Assembly (NCBI GenBank): GCA_038078555.1
Contig: JBBTYQ010000005.1
Span: 6,266-70,265, forward strand
Origin: Patescibacteria group bacterium
Lineage (GTDB): Bacteria > Patescibacteriota > Minisyncoccia > UBA6257 > UBA9933
Length of the DNA: 64,000 bases
Reading direction: 5' to 3'
In this document: piece after piece, positions 26,842 to 35,467 of the stretch
How positions within the stretch are numbered: the first letter of the stretch is position 1
Layout: every line of letters starts with the position of its first letter
The notes under the pieces: generated by a model
Seen by the model: only the letters and a program-made list of their open reading frames with translations
What the model was told of the DNA's origin: nothing
Databases searched by the model: none
Translations under genes and position numbers: made by a program

Positions 26842-26921
26842 TTTAGCTTTCTAGCTCCTTAGTTATAAAAGTTATAAACTAACGAGCTGATAAGCTATCA
26901 AGCTAACTGGCTTATATTATG
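26842..26921 (+). promoter_or_regulatory. phased 8-nt AGCT repeat array filling the pilB-1/pilC-1 intercistronic gap (10 units)
   Basis: TTTAGCTT TCTAGCTC CTTAGTTA TAAAAGTT ATAAACTA ACGAGCTG ATAAGCTA TCAAGCTA ACTGGCTT ATATTATG. Confidence 0.7.
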
Positions 26922-28142
26922 TTTTTTTCTTACGAAGCAACAGATAAAAACGGATTATTAGTAAGAGGCAGATTAGAAGCCGAAAGCCGCGCTGAAGTTA
27001 TTCAATATCTGGAAAAGCATGATCTTATTCCGATAACCATTGATGCTGAAGGCGGAGAAAGAACAGGCAACCGCGCTTCAATGCTGTCTTTTTCTATTTT
27101 TGAAACAATCAAACCGGTTGATCGCATACTTTTGGTTCGCAATCTGGCTGCTACGATTAAAGCCGGTTTAAATATTATTGAATCGCTGGATATTCTTATT
27201 GCCGACACGACAAAAAATTTAATGAGAAAAATTCTTATTTCTGCAAAAGCGAATCTTCAAAAAGGCCAGCCGCTTTCTTCGACTTTTGAATATTATAAAA
27301 AATATTTCCCGCCGATTTTTAGCGGATTGATTAGAGCCGGTGAAGCTTCCGGAAAATTGGATGAATCTTTTGAGGAATTGGGCCGTTATTTGGTGAAAGA
27401 ATATAATTTAGCAAGAAAGGTCAGGTCAGCATTGGCTTATCCAATGGTTCTCGTGGTGGCAAGCATTGGAGTAATAGGTCTGCTTTTATTTTTTGTTCTG
27501 CCTCGTTTGGCTAAATCTTTTAAAGCGAGCAAGGCGGAGCTTCCTTTTCTTACCAGAGCGCTTGTCGGCACGAGTAATTTCTTAATTTCTCACTGGATTC
27601 TTGTTTTAGCGGCAGTCATTGGATTAGTTTGGTTTTTCGTTTATTTCAGAAAAACATCTTTCGGCCGTCATTTGCTCACTAGAATATTTTTGACAGTTCC
27701 AGTGGCGCGGGAGCTTGTTAAAAAAGTGGCTTTAGTGCGCTTTACAAGGACTCTGGGCAGTTTGATATCAAGCGGCATAAATATTATCGAAGCTTTGAAG
27801 CTTTCAACCGAAGCGGTTTCTAATGAAGTTTATAAAAAAGCGATTTTAGAATCAGTGGACCAGATAAAAAACGGCGTGCCCTTGTCCAAAACATTGATAA
27901 AACATCAATCACTGTTCCCTCACTTGCTGATAAACATGATAGCCGTGGGCGAGCGAACCGGCACTTTAGAGCAAGTATTAAATACATTTGCCGATTTTTA
28001 TGACGAAGAAGTGGATAACGCGCTCAAGGATTTAGTGACTTTCATAGAACCGGTATTGATTCTTTTTATGGGTTTGATAATCGGAACTATCGCTTTTTCG
28101 ATTCTTTTGCCTATTTATCAATTAGTTGGAAAATTCATCTAG
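26919..28142 (+). CDS. pilC: type IV pilus platform protein PilC (GspF family), copy 1
   Basis: Two T2SSF repeats, 3 TM segments, C-terminal FIEPVLILFMGLIIGTIAFSILLPIYQL. Confidence 0.9.
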   Translation: MFFSYEATDKNGLLVRGRLEAESRAEVIQYLEKHDLIPITIDAEGGERTGNRASMLSFSIFETIKPVDRILLVRNLAATIKAGLNIIESLDILIADTTKNLMRKILISAKANLQKGQPLSSTFEYYKKYFPPIFSGLIRAGEASGKLDESFEELGRYLVKEYNLARKVRSALAYPMVLVVASIGVIGLLLFFVLPRLAKSFKASKAELPFLTRALVGTSNFLISHWILVLAAVIGLVWFFVYFRKTSFGRHLLTRIFLTVPVARELVKKVALVRFTRTLGSLISSGINIIEALKLSTEAVSNEVYKKAILESVDQIKNGVPLSKTLIKHQSLFPHLLINMIAVGERTGTLEQVLNTFADFYDEEVDNALKDLVTFIEPVLILFMGLIIGTIAFSILLPIYQLVGKFI

Positions 28143-28172
28143 TAATGATTATTAAATGCGGCTTAAAACGAA

Positions 28173-28634
28173 ATGCGAAAATTTAAATTTCAAAAAGGAT
28201 TCAGTTTGTTGGAATTATTGCTTGTTGTCGGCATTCTTTCTATTATATCATTAGTTGCCTTTGGAGCGTATCGCGACTTTGTAAAAAATTCCGGGCTTGA
28301 TTCAATTGCCAAAGGCATCATTTTTGATTTAAAAGGCGCGCGAGCCAAAGCAATGACTGCGGAAAATAACTTAAAATGGGGCGCTCATTTTATCAACAGT
28401 ACTGATGATTATTACGAGATATTTTCCACGCCAACCGACTATTCCAGCGCTTCAACAACCATTGATTCAACCGTATATCTTGGGGGAAATATTTCTTTCA
28501 GCGAACCGGCGGTTTCTTCAACGATTATTTTTGCTAAAATAAAAGGCACGATCTCCGCTACCACAACTATTACTGTTATTTCTGAAAGCAACAGTAAAAC
28601 AATAACCGTGACTCCGATTGGAAATATTTACTGA
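28173..28634 (+). CDS. type IV pilin-like protein (minor pilin, FimT/GspH-like size)
   Basis: MRKFKFQKG-FSLLELLLVVGILSIISLVAF. Confidence 0.75.
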   Translation: MRKFKFQKGFSLLELLLVVGILSIISLVAFGAYRDFVKNSGLDSIAKGIIFDLKGARAKAMTAENNLKWGAHFINSTDDYYEIFSTPTDYSSASTTIDSTVYLGGNISFSEPAVSSTIIFAKIKGTISATTTITVISESNSKTITVTPIGNIY

Positions 28635-28705
28635 ATTTAAAGCAATAAGCGTTTTAGCCTAATTTGACTTTCTTCGGGATTTTATTTATTATTAACGGAT
28701 TAAAA

Positions 28706-29206
28706 ATGAAAAAAATCAGCCAAGAAAACGAAGCGGAAATAGTCTGGCAGATTCCGGAATATGAATATCAGCCAAAAGATGTTAACTGGTTTTGGTTAAG
28801 CTTGATTTTGGCGATAATTATGTTGGCTTTTTCTTTTTGGCAGGAAAATTTTTTATTTGCGATTTTCGTCTTAATTGCATTTTTTGTGGTTAATGTTTTT
28901 GCGCGCCGATTTCCGCCGATTTGGGAATTTAAAATTAATAAGAGCGGAATTTCTTTGAATTTAACCACTGGAGAAAATAAACGATTCTATGGCTATAATG
29001 ATATTGAGAGTTTTGATATTCACGACGCGGGCGAGGAATATAAAGAATTGATTTTACAATTTCACAAAAAATTTTCACCGCATTTAAAAATTAATATTCA
29101 TTCATCGGACGAGGAAAAAATTAAGAGATTTTTAACGCAATTTATAAAACAAGAAGAAATTGAGCCGTTATTGATTGATTCCTTGTCAAAATTAATACGA
29201 TTTTAA
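28706..29206 (+). CDS. membrane protein (2 TM) of unknown function
   Basis: ATG at 28706 is preferred over the TTG at 28664. TM pair WFWLSLILAIIMLAF / FLFAIFVLIAFFVVNVF. Confidence 0.45.
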   Translation: MKKISQENEAEIVWQIPEYEYQPKDVNWFWLSLILAIIMLAFSFWQENFLFAIFVLIAFFVVNVFARRFPPIWEFKINKSGISLNLTTGENKRFYGYNDIESFDIHDAGEEYKELILQFHKKFSPHLKINIHSSDEEKIKRFLTQFIKQEEIEPLLIDSLSKLIRF

Positions 29207-29227
29207 AAAAATAGACGATAAAATTTT

Positions 29228-29299
29228 GCCCTCGTCGTTCAACGGATAGGACGCAAGATTGCGGATCTTGTAATCGAGGTTCGATTCCTCGCGAGGGCA
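29228..29299 (+). tRNA. tRNA-Arg (anticodon GCG)
   Basis: Hand-folded cloverleaf: acceptor GCCCTCG/CGAGGGC, D arm GTTC-AACGGATA-GGAC, anticodon arm CAAGA-TTGCGGA-TCTTG, T arm CGAGG-TTCGATT-CCTCG, discriminator A. No encoded CCA. Confidence 0.8.
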
Positions 29300-29475
29300 C
29301 TAGGCAATTATTTAAGTAAGCTTTAGAATTTTTTATCAGTGAATTTATAAGACTTAGAATAAGAAACGTCAGGAATGCCGTTTTTTGTTTGTCTTTGACA
29401 TATTCATATTTTGTGTATCATTATAAGTAGCATTTAAGAATTTGAAAAATTAATTGCCAGAAAGGAGGCTTGAAA

Positions 29476-29733
29476 ATGGAAAGTATCTTGGACTGGCTGG
29501 TTTTGACGCTACTTCTAATAAACGTAGTATTTTGCGTCATGATATTTTCAAAGAAAAATTTAAATAATAAAAATTTTCGGCTGACTTTCAGTATTTTGGC
29601 TTCTTTGTTAGCGATTTTACAAAGTATTGAGACACAAATGGGTTTTAGGGATTTTGGTCTTTTACCAGTTTATTTTTTGCTTGTAAGCTCGTTTAATTTT
29701 GTAAGTTGTTTGTTTGATATTGAATTTGTTTAA
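29476..29733 (+). CDS. small membrane protein (85 aa)
   Basis: GGAGG at 29464-29468, 7 nt before the ATG at 29476. Two to three hydrophobic helices. Terminator downstream. Confidence 0.4.
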   Translation: MESILDWLVLTLLLINVVFCVMIFSKKNLNNKNFRLTFSILASLLAILQSIETQMGFRDFGLLPVYFLLVSSFNFVSCLFDIEFV

Positions 29734-29772
29734 CTGTGATTTTTGGAATTTCCAGTATTTGTTCTTTATTTT

Positions 29773-29812
29773 AATCGGCTCACGTCCAAAAAGATGATGA
29801 GCCGATTTTTAT
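29773..29812 (+). terminator. rho-independent terminator
   Basis: AATCGGCTCA-15 nt-TGAGCCGATT followed by TTTTT. Confidence 0.75.
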
Positions 29813-29891
29813 TCAGTAATAGAGGAGGTTTTTGAAGAATCGGCTCAGTCGGTTTTCGGAGCTAAGTCATTCCTTGTGTTATAATTATGTA

Positions 29892-32057
29892 ATGATAAAG
29901 CTTGTTGACCAGTTAAGCGTGATTAAAGGCGTTGGCCCAAGCTTCATTGCCAAGTTAAGGAAATTAAATATCGAAACAGTTAAAGATTTACTTTGGCATT
30001 TTCCCAGCCGATATGATGATTTTTCCCAAATTGTGAAAATTGCCGATTTAAAAATCAATCAACGGGCAACTGTTTCCGGCTTAATCCAGCAAGTAAAGAT
30101 GCATCGCACCTGGCGCCGAAAAATGTTCATTATAGAGGCCTTGATAACCGACGACTCTGGCAGTATTAAGGCAATTTGGTTTAATCAGAGATTTTTGATT
30201 TCTATTTTAAAAAAGGGGAGATTGGTTAATTTGGCGGGAAAAGTTGTTGAAGCCCAAGGCGGCGGACTGTGCTTGTCTCATCCGACGCATGAATTAATAA
30301 ACGAGCAATCATCAATAAACGACGAGCAACAAGCGACCAAGCACACCGGGCGCCTTGTTCCGGTTTATCCCGAGACAAAAAAATTAACTTCAAAAGCATT
30401 TAGATACTTAATCAAGCCGGCTCTTGATAATTTAGAGAATTTGCCTGAAATCTTGCCGATGCCAGTTTTAGATCAAAATAATTTTCCGGAAATTAATATC
30501 GCGATAAAACAAATTCATTTTCCCGATGAGCAGAAAGACGCCAAAGCGGCTAAAAAAAGATTTGCATTTGAAGACCTTTTTTTGCTTCAACTGGCAAATT
30601 TAGCTGCGCGTTCGGCTTTATCCCGGCAAAGATCATATTCCTTTGAAGAAAATCTTGATTTTATAAAAAATATTTTATCAAAGCTTCCGTTTGAGCTTAC
30701 TTATTCCCAAAAAAAATCCTTATGGGAAATTTTAAATGACCTAAGTAAAAACAGCCCAATGAATCGCTTGCTTCAGGGTGATGTCGGTTCCGGAAAAACT
30801 ATAGTGGCGGCAATTGCCGCTTTAGTCGCGGCAAAAAACGGCCGTCAGGCGGCTTTTATGGCGCCGACTGAAGTTTTAGCGCGCCAGCATTATTCGACAT
30901 TTAAAAAGTTTTTTTCCGATTTTTCATCTGGCGCCGGCCTGCTTACTTCCGGCGAGGCTAAAATTTTTTATGGTGAAAACCTCGAAAGCAATTTAAAGAA
31001 ACCGGAATTAATTAAAAAAATTGAACAAAGCGAAATAAAGATAGTTTTTGGAACACATGCGCTGATTCAGAAAAGCGTGCGCTTCAGTGAATTGGCTTTG
31101 GTTATTATTGATGAACAGCACAGATTCGGCGTTAAGCAAAGAGCGGAACTTTTAAAAGAGAAAGAAATAGCTCCTCATTTTTTGAGTATGTCTGCCACGC
31201 CGATTCCCAGAACTCTGACTTTGACGATTTTTGGCGATCTTGATTTAAGCATTATCAGCGAACTGCCAAAAAATCGAAAGCCGATTATTACCAAAATTGT
31301 TGCTCCGGAAAATCGGGATAAAGCCTATGCTTTTATAAGAGGCCAGGTGAAGCATGGCCGACAGGTTTTTGTGGTATGTCCAAGAATTGAACCAACGATA
31401 AATAGCGTGCAAGCAACAGATATATTGGTTGAACCGATGACTGTGGATTATAAGTCAGCAGTTAATTTTGAAGTGAAAGCAGTCAAAGAAGAATATGAAA
31501 AACTTTCCACAAAAACATTTCCTGATTTAAGAGTGGGAATATTGCATGGCAAAATGAAAACCAAGGAAAAAAATGAAATTATGCAGAATTTTAAAGATGG
31601 GAAAATAGATATTTTGGTTTCCACCTCGGTTATTGAAGTTGGCGTTGATGTTCCCAATGCCGCAATTATGATGATTGAAGGTGCGGAAAAATTCGGACTA
31701 GCCCAGCTTTATCAATTTCGCGGCCGTGTTGGCCGGGGCGAGTATCAGTCATTTTGTTTTTTGTTTACGGATTCAAGTTCTAAAGCCACTTATAAAAGAT
31801 TATTTTCTATTGTTGAAGCAAAAAACGGTTTCGAGCTTGCCGAGAAAGATTTAGAAATCAGAGGGCCGGGCGAATTTTTAGGCCAATCGCAAACCGGTTA
31901 TCCTGATTTGGCGATGAAAGCGGTGCAAAATCCCGATTTGGTAAAATCCAGCCGCGAAACTGCCAAGGAAATATTGAAAAACGATTTTGAGCTTAAATCA
32001 TACCCATTTTTAAGAATAAGATTGGAAGAATTTAAGGCGAAAATACATTTGGAATAA
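29892..32057 (+). CDS. recG: ATP-dependent DNA helicase RecG
   Basis: Walker A GDVGSGKT, DEQH box (IIDEQHRFG), SATPIPRT, QLYQFRGRVGRG, and an N-terminal wedge/OB region. ATG at 29892 is preferred over the TTG at 29832. Confidence 0.9.
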   Translation: MIKLVDQLSVIKGVGPSFIAKLRKLNIETVKDLLWHFPSRYDDFSQIVKIADLKINQRATVSGLIQQVKMHRTWRRKMFIIEALITDDSGSIKAIWFNQRFLISILKKGRLVNLAGKVVEAQGGGLCLSHPTHELINEQSSINDEQQATKHTGRLVPVYPETKKLTSKAFRYLIKPALDNLENLPEILPMPVLDQNNFPEINIAIKQIHFPDEQKDAKAAKKRFAFEDLFLLQLANLAARSALSRQRSYSFEENLDFIKNILSKLPFELTYSQKKSLWEILNDLSKNSPMNRLLQGDVGSGKTIVAAIAALVAAKNGRQAAFMAPTEVLARQHYSTFKKFFSDFSSGAGLLTSGEAKIFYGENLESNLKKPELIKKIEQSEIKIVFGTHALIQKSVRFSELALVIIDEQHRFGVKQRAELLKEKEIAPHFLSMSATPIPRTLTLTIFGDLDLSIISELPKNRKPIITKIVAPENRDKAYAFIRGQVKHGRQVFVVCPRIEPTINSVQATDILVEPMTVDYKSAVNFEVKAVKEEYEKLSTKTFPDLRVGILHGKMKTKEKNEIMQNFKDGKIDILVSTSVIEVGVDVPNAAIMMIEGAEKFGLAQLYQFRGRVGRGEYQSFCFLFTDSSSKATYKRLFSIVEAKNGFELAEKDLEIRGPGEFLGQSQTGYPDLAMKAVQNPDLVKSSRETAKEILKNDFELKSYPFLRIRLEEFKAKIHLE

Positions 32058-32113
32058 AAAATAAGAGACGAATAATAATGAAATTATCGATTTCTAAAAT
32101 TTTGATTCAATGA

Positions 32114-32836
32114 TTACGCTCTGGCTATGACTAATGCGATTACTCTTCTAACTCCATTTTCTTTTAGGATTTTAACAGCTTCATCAATAGTGGCGCCGGA
32201 AGTATATACATCGTCAATTAAAAGAATATTTTTGCCTTTAAGAGAAGTATTATTTCTGATTTTAAAGCAATTTTTAATATTTTCTACGCGCGATTCTTCG
32301 CCCTTAAGTATTGCTTGAGGTTGAGCGTCTTTTATTCTTTCCAGCGCAGACGCCAATTCTAAATTAAGATTAACTGATATAAATTCAGCGAGAAGTTTTG
32401 ACTGATTGAATCCCCTCATCTTTTCGCGGCTTTTGTAAAGGGGGATTGGCATAACCGAAAAATTTTTAAAATTTAAATTTGCCGCGCCTATATAATTTAA
32501 TAGTAATTTTCCTAAAACAGGAGCAAGTTCCTGGAAATTTTTATATTTGAAATAATGGATTAAATTTCTAAGGATTTGGTCGTCGTAATTTCCAGCGGCC
32601 GCTAATAAATATAAATACGGCTGATTTTTTCTTCGGTGGCTGCAGATTCTTTTATTTTCCGCAAGGCGATTGCGGCAAACCGGGCAATATAGCGTGTTGT
32701 TGATTTTTATTAAATCAAAGCAATCATCGCAAATAAGCTCGTTGCTATTTTCAATATTTTTACGGCAAGCAATGCAGATTCTTGGAAAAACAATATTTAA
32801 CGCTAAGTTTTTTATTTTGATTAAAATTGGAAGCAT
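32114..32836 (-). CDS. comF: ComF family protein (ComFC-like, zinc ribbon + phosphoribosyltransferase fold)
   Basis: N-terminal Cys pairs CIACRK...CDDC...CPVCRN. PRTase motif ILLIDDVYTSGATI. Confidence 0.85.
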   Translation of the reverse strand: MLPILIKIKNLALNIVFPRICIACRKNIENSNELICDDCFDLIKINNTLYCPVCRNRLAENKRICSHRRKNQPYLYLLAAAGNYDDQILRNLIHYFKYKNFQELAPVLGKLLLNYIGAANLNFKNFSVMPIPLYKSREKMRGFNQSKLLAEFISVNLNLELASALERIKDAQPQAILKGEESRVENIKNCFKIRNNTSLKGKNILLIDDVYTSGATIDEAVKILKENGVRRVIALVIARA

Positions 32837-32875
32837 GCTATAATTTAATTATAAAAAATAATTGTAAAAATTAAT

Positions 32876-33940
32876 ATGCTTAGTTTTTTAAAATCATTTT
32901 TCACAGGAAATTCGGTCTTAGGAGTTGATATCGGCACATCTTCTATAAAAATAGCGGAAATTTCGAAATCTTCGGAAAAGCCCAAACTAAAAAATTACGG
33001 AATCCTGGAAGCTCAAAGCCACTTGGAACGTTCTAATAGCGCTTTGCAGACTAATTCCTTAAAATTAGCCGATAAAGAAACCGCTAAGCTTATTAGCGCT
33101 CTTGTAGAAAAATCAAGATTTAAAACTAAAAATGTGGTTGCTTCCATCCCGTCTTTTTCTTCTTTTGTTACGCTTGTGGAAATGCCGAAAATGAGCAATG
33201 AAGAAGTTAATAAAACAATGTCTTATCAGATTCGCCAGTATATTCCTTTGCCTGAATCGGAAGTGGCGATAGATTGGATTAAAGTTGGCGAATCAGAAAG
33301 TGAAGGTATTATTAAACAGCAGATTTTATTGGTATCAATACCCAACGAAGAAATCAGAAGATATCAGAATATATTCAAGCTGGCAGGTTTGAAATTAAAG
33401 TCTTTGGAAATTGAAAGCATGGCTTTATCAAGAGCATTGGTTTTTGGCGACTTAACGCCGACAATTTTGGTTGATATCGGAGCTTATTCTACCAATATCG
33501 CGGTTGTGGAAAATGGATTTTTAAAAAGTAATATTTTTACGGATTTTGCCGGTTCTTCTTTAACTCAGGCGATTGCTAACGGTCTGGGCATTGAGATGAA
33601 GCGGGCCGAGGAATTAAAAAAACAAAAAGGTCTTAAAGCAACCGGCGGCGAATATCAGTTATCCACATTGCCTCAGCCGTTTCTCGATGTTATAATAGGA
33701 GAAGTTGTAAGAATCAGAGAAAATTTTGAAGCCAAAAAAAGTAAAAAAATAGAAAGAGTGCTTTTGGCCGGCGGTGGCGCGAATTTAATCGGTATAGAGG
33801 AATATTTTGAAAAACAAACTGGTTTGCCGTCTGCTTTAGGTAATGCCTTGCTTCGAGTGGACTATCCCAAAGAAACAGAATTATTTTCTAAAGAATTGGG
33901 TGCAGAGCTTGCGGTGGCAATTGGTTTGGCGATTAAGTAG
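32876..33940 (+). CDS. pilM: type IV pilus assembly protein PilM
   Basis: VLGVDIGTSSIKIAEI N-terminus, actin-like fold motifs (ILVDIGAYSTNI, LLAGGGANLIG). 354 aa. Confidence 0.85.
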   Translation: MLSFLKSFFTGNSVLGVDIGTSSIKIAEISKSSEKPKLKNYGILEAQSHLERSNSALQTNSLKLADKETAKLISALVEKSRFKTKNVVASIPSFSSFVTLVEMPKMSNEEVNKTMSYQIRQYIPLPESEVAIDWIKVGESESEGIIKQQILLVSIPNEEIRRYQNIFKLAGLKLKSLEIESMALSRALVFGDLTPTILVDIGAYSTNIAVVENGFLKSNIFTDFAGSSLTQAIANGLGIEMKRAEELKKQKGLKATGGEYQLSTLPQPFLDVIIGEVVRIRENFEAKKSKKIERVLLAGGGANLIGIEEYFEKQTGLPSALGNALLRVDYPKETELFSKELGAELAVAIGLAIK

Positions 33941-33975
33941 TAATTTTAAAAAAGACTGGAAAATAAAATTAAAAA

Positions 33976-34542
33976 ATGCCATATAATCAATCGGTTATTG
34001 AAGAGCAATTAAAAAAAAAGGAAAGCACATCAGCCGGATTGCCGCTTAAGCTTTTTAGTTTAAGTTTAATAATTTTTTTGACCTCAATCTTTATTTATAT
34101 TGGCATAGCCTTCGGTTATCGGCCTTATTTAAATTCAGAAATTAAAAAATTGGAAAGCGAAATTTTCAATTTAACTCAATCGATTGATGAAACAAAACAA
34201 AAACAGATTATCAACTTTTATTACCAGTCATTAAATATAAAAAATCTTTTAAACTCGCGAATTACAATTTCAAGAATTTTCGACCTTATTGAGAAAAATA
34301 CTTATTCTAACGTTAAATACGGCAATTTTTCATTAAACGTAAACAATAAAGAAATAAGAATAGACGGAGTTGCTCCTAATTATGAAACCGTGATAAAGGA
34401 ATTGGCTTTATTTGAAAGCGTTGAAGGAGTGGAAAAAGTTTATTTGGAAAATTTTTCAGCAATAGATTCTTTAAAAACAAAGGGAGTATCTGAGATTAAT
34501 TTTGTTATAAAGTTGGTTTTAAACGAAAAAATTTTAAAATAA
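33976..34542 (+). CDS. PilN-like bitopic membrane protein
   Basis: Single TM (LFSLSLIIFLTSIFIYIGIAFGY), then a coiled segment. Position between pilM and the pilO-like gene. Confidence 0.55.
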   Translation: MPYNQSVIEEQLKKKESTSAGLPLKLFSLSLIIFLTSIFIYIGIAFGYRPYLNSEIKKLESEIFNLTQSIDETKQKQIINFYYQSLNIKNLLNSRITISRIFDLIEKNTYSNVKYGNFSLNVNNKEIRIDGVAPNYETVIKELALFESVEGVEKVYLENFSAIDSLKTKGVSEINFVIKLVLNEKILK

Positions 34543-34544
34543 TT

Positions 34545-35096
34545 ATGAAAGGGTCAGCAAAAAGAACGTTGAGCATTTTCTTGGCCATGTTGTTTCTAAT
34601 CGGCTCATTTTTGGTTTATTTTTACTTTATTAATCCGGTTTATGCTGAAATTAAAATTTTAAGGGGCAAGAATATTTCTTTGAAACAAAATCTTGAGAAT
34701 TCCAAAATTTTAAATGAAAAATTTGAAAAAATTCTTGGTGATTATGAAAATATTAAAGTTCAAGACAAGTTGTCGTTAATGCTGCCTGAAAAATTAAATA
34801 TTTCCTATGCGGTTAGCCAAATAATCGGCATTGCCCGGATTAATAGTTTATCGATTCAATCATTAAATGTTAAAGAACTGGCAATTACGCCCTCGCGGAC
34901 TTCGTCAAAAGGTTTAGGCACCTTAAGAATTGAAGCGAGAATGTCGGGTAATTACGAAAATTTAAAGTTATTTTTTAACAATCTAGAAGAAAATTTAATG
35001 ATTTCCGATCCGCTTGAATTAAAAATAGAAGCCCAAGTAGGTAATCCAAGCATGTCGTATTCATTAGCAATAGATACATATTATCAAGCGGAATAA
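34545..35096 (+). CDS. PilO-like bitopic membrane protein
   Basis: TM (LSIFLAMLFLIGSFLVYFYFI) followed by a coiled coil. Positional. Confidence 0.55.
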   Translation: MKGSAKRTLSIFLAMLFLIGSFLVYFYFINPVYAEIKILRGKNISLKQNLENSKILNEKFEKILGDYENIKVQDKLSLMLPEKLNISYAVSQIIGIARINSLSIQSLNVKELAITPSRTSSKGLGTLRIEARMSGNYENLKLFFNNLEENLMISDPLELKIEAQVGNPSMSYSLAIDTYYQAE

Positions 35097-35136
35097 ATAA
35101 AAAATACTAACCCTTAAAACCTAATACCTAACATAT

Positions 35137-35424
35137 ATGGCGATACTAATAGAAGAAGAAAAAAGAAACATAAATTGGTTTGCAATTTTAATTGTTTTGA
35201 TAATTTTAGGCTTAATTAGCACTGCGGTAATTTATATGTTTTTTATTAGTCCGGAATCAATTGAGGTGCTTGTGCCGGACAATCTTAAAAATATTCAGGA
35301 TTTGAGTGAAACAAAATTTGATCCGGCAGAAATTTTTAAAAATCCTGCTTTTAGCAAATTGAAATTGCAAACACCGCTTGTTGTTCCCGAGCCAGCTTTC
35401 AATCAAAATCCTTTTTTGCAATAA
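35137..35424 (+). CDS. small bitopic membrane protein (95 aa) within pilus locus 2
   Basis: TM WFAILIVLIILGLISTAVIYMFFI. No family recognised. Confidence 0.4.
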   Translation: MAILIEEEKRNINWFAILIVLIILGLISTAVIYMFFISPESIEVLVPDNLKNIQDLSETKFDPAEIFKNPAFSKLKLQTPLVVPEPAFNQNPFLQ

Positions 35425-35467
35425 ATTTATATTTCTTAATAATTGATTGCTGATTATCGTTTAAACT

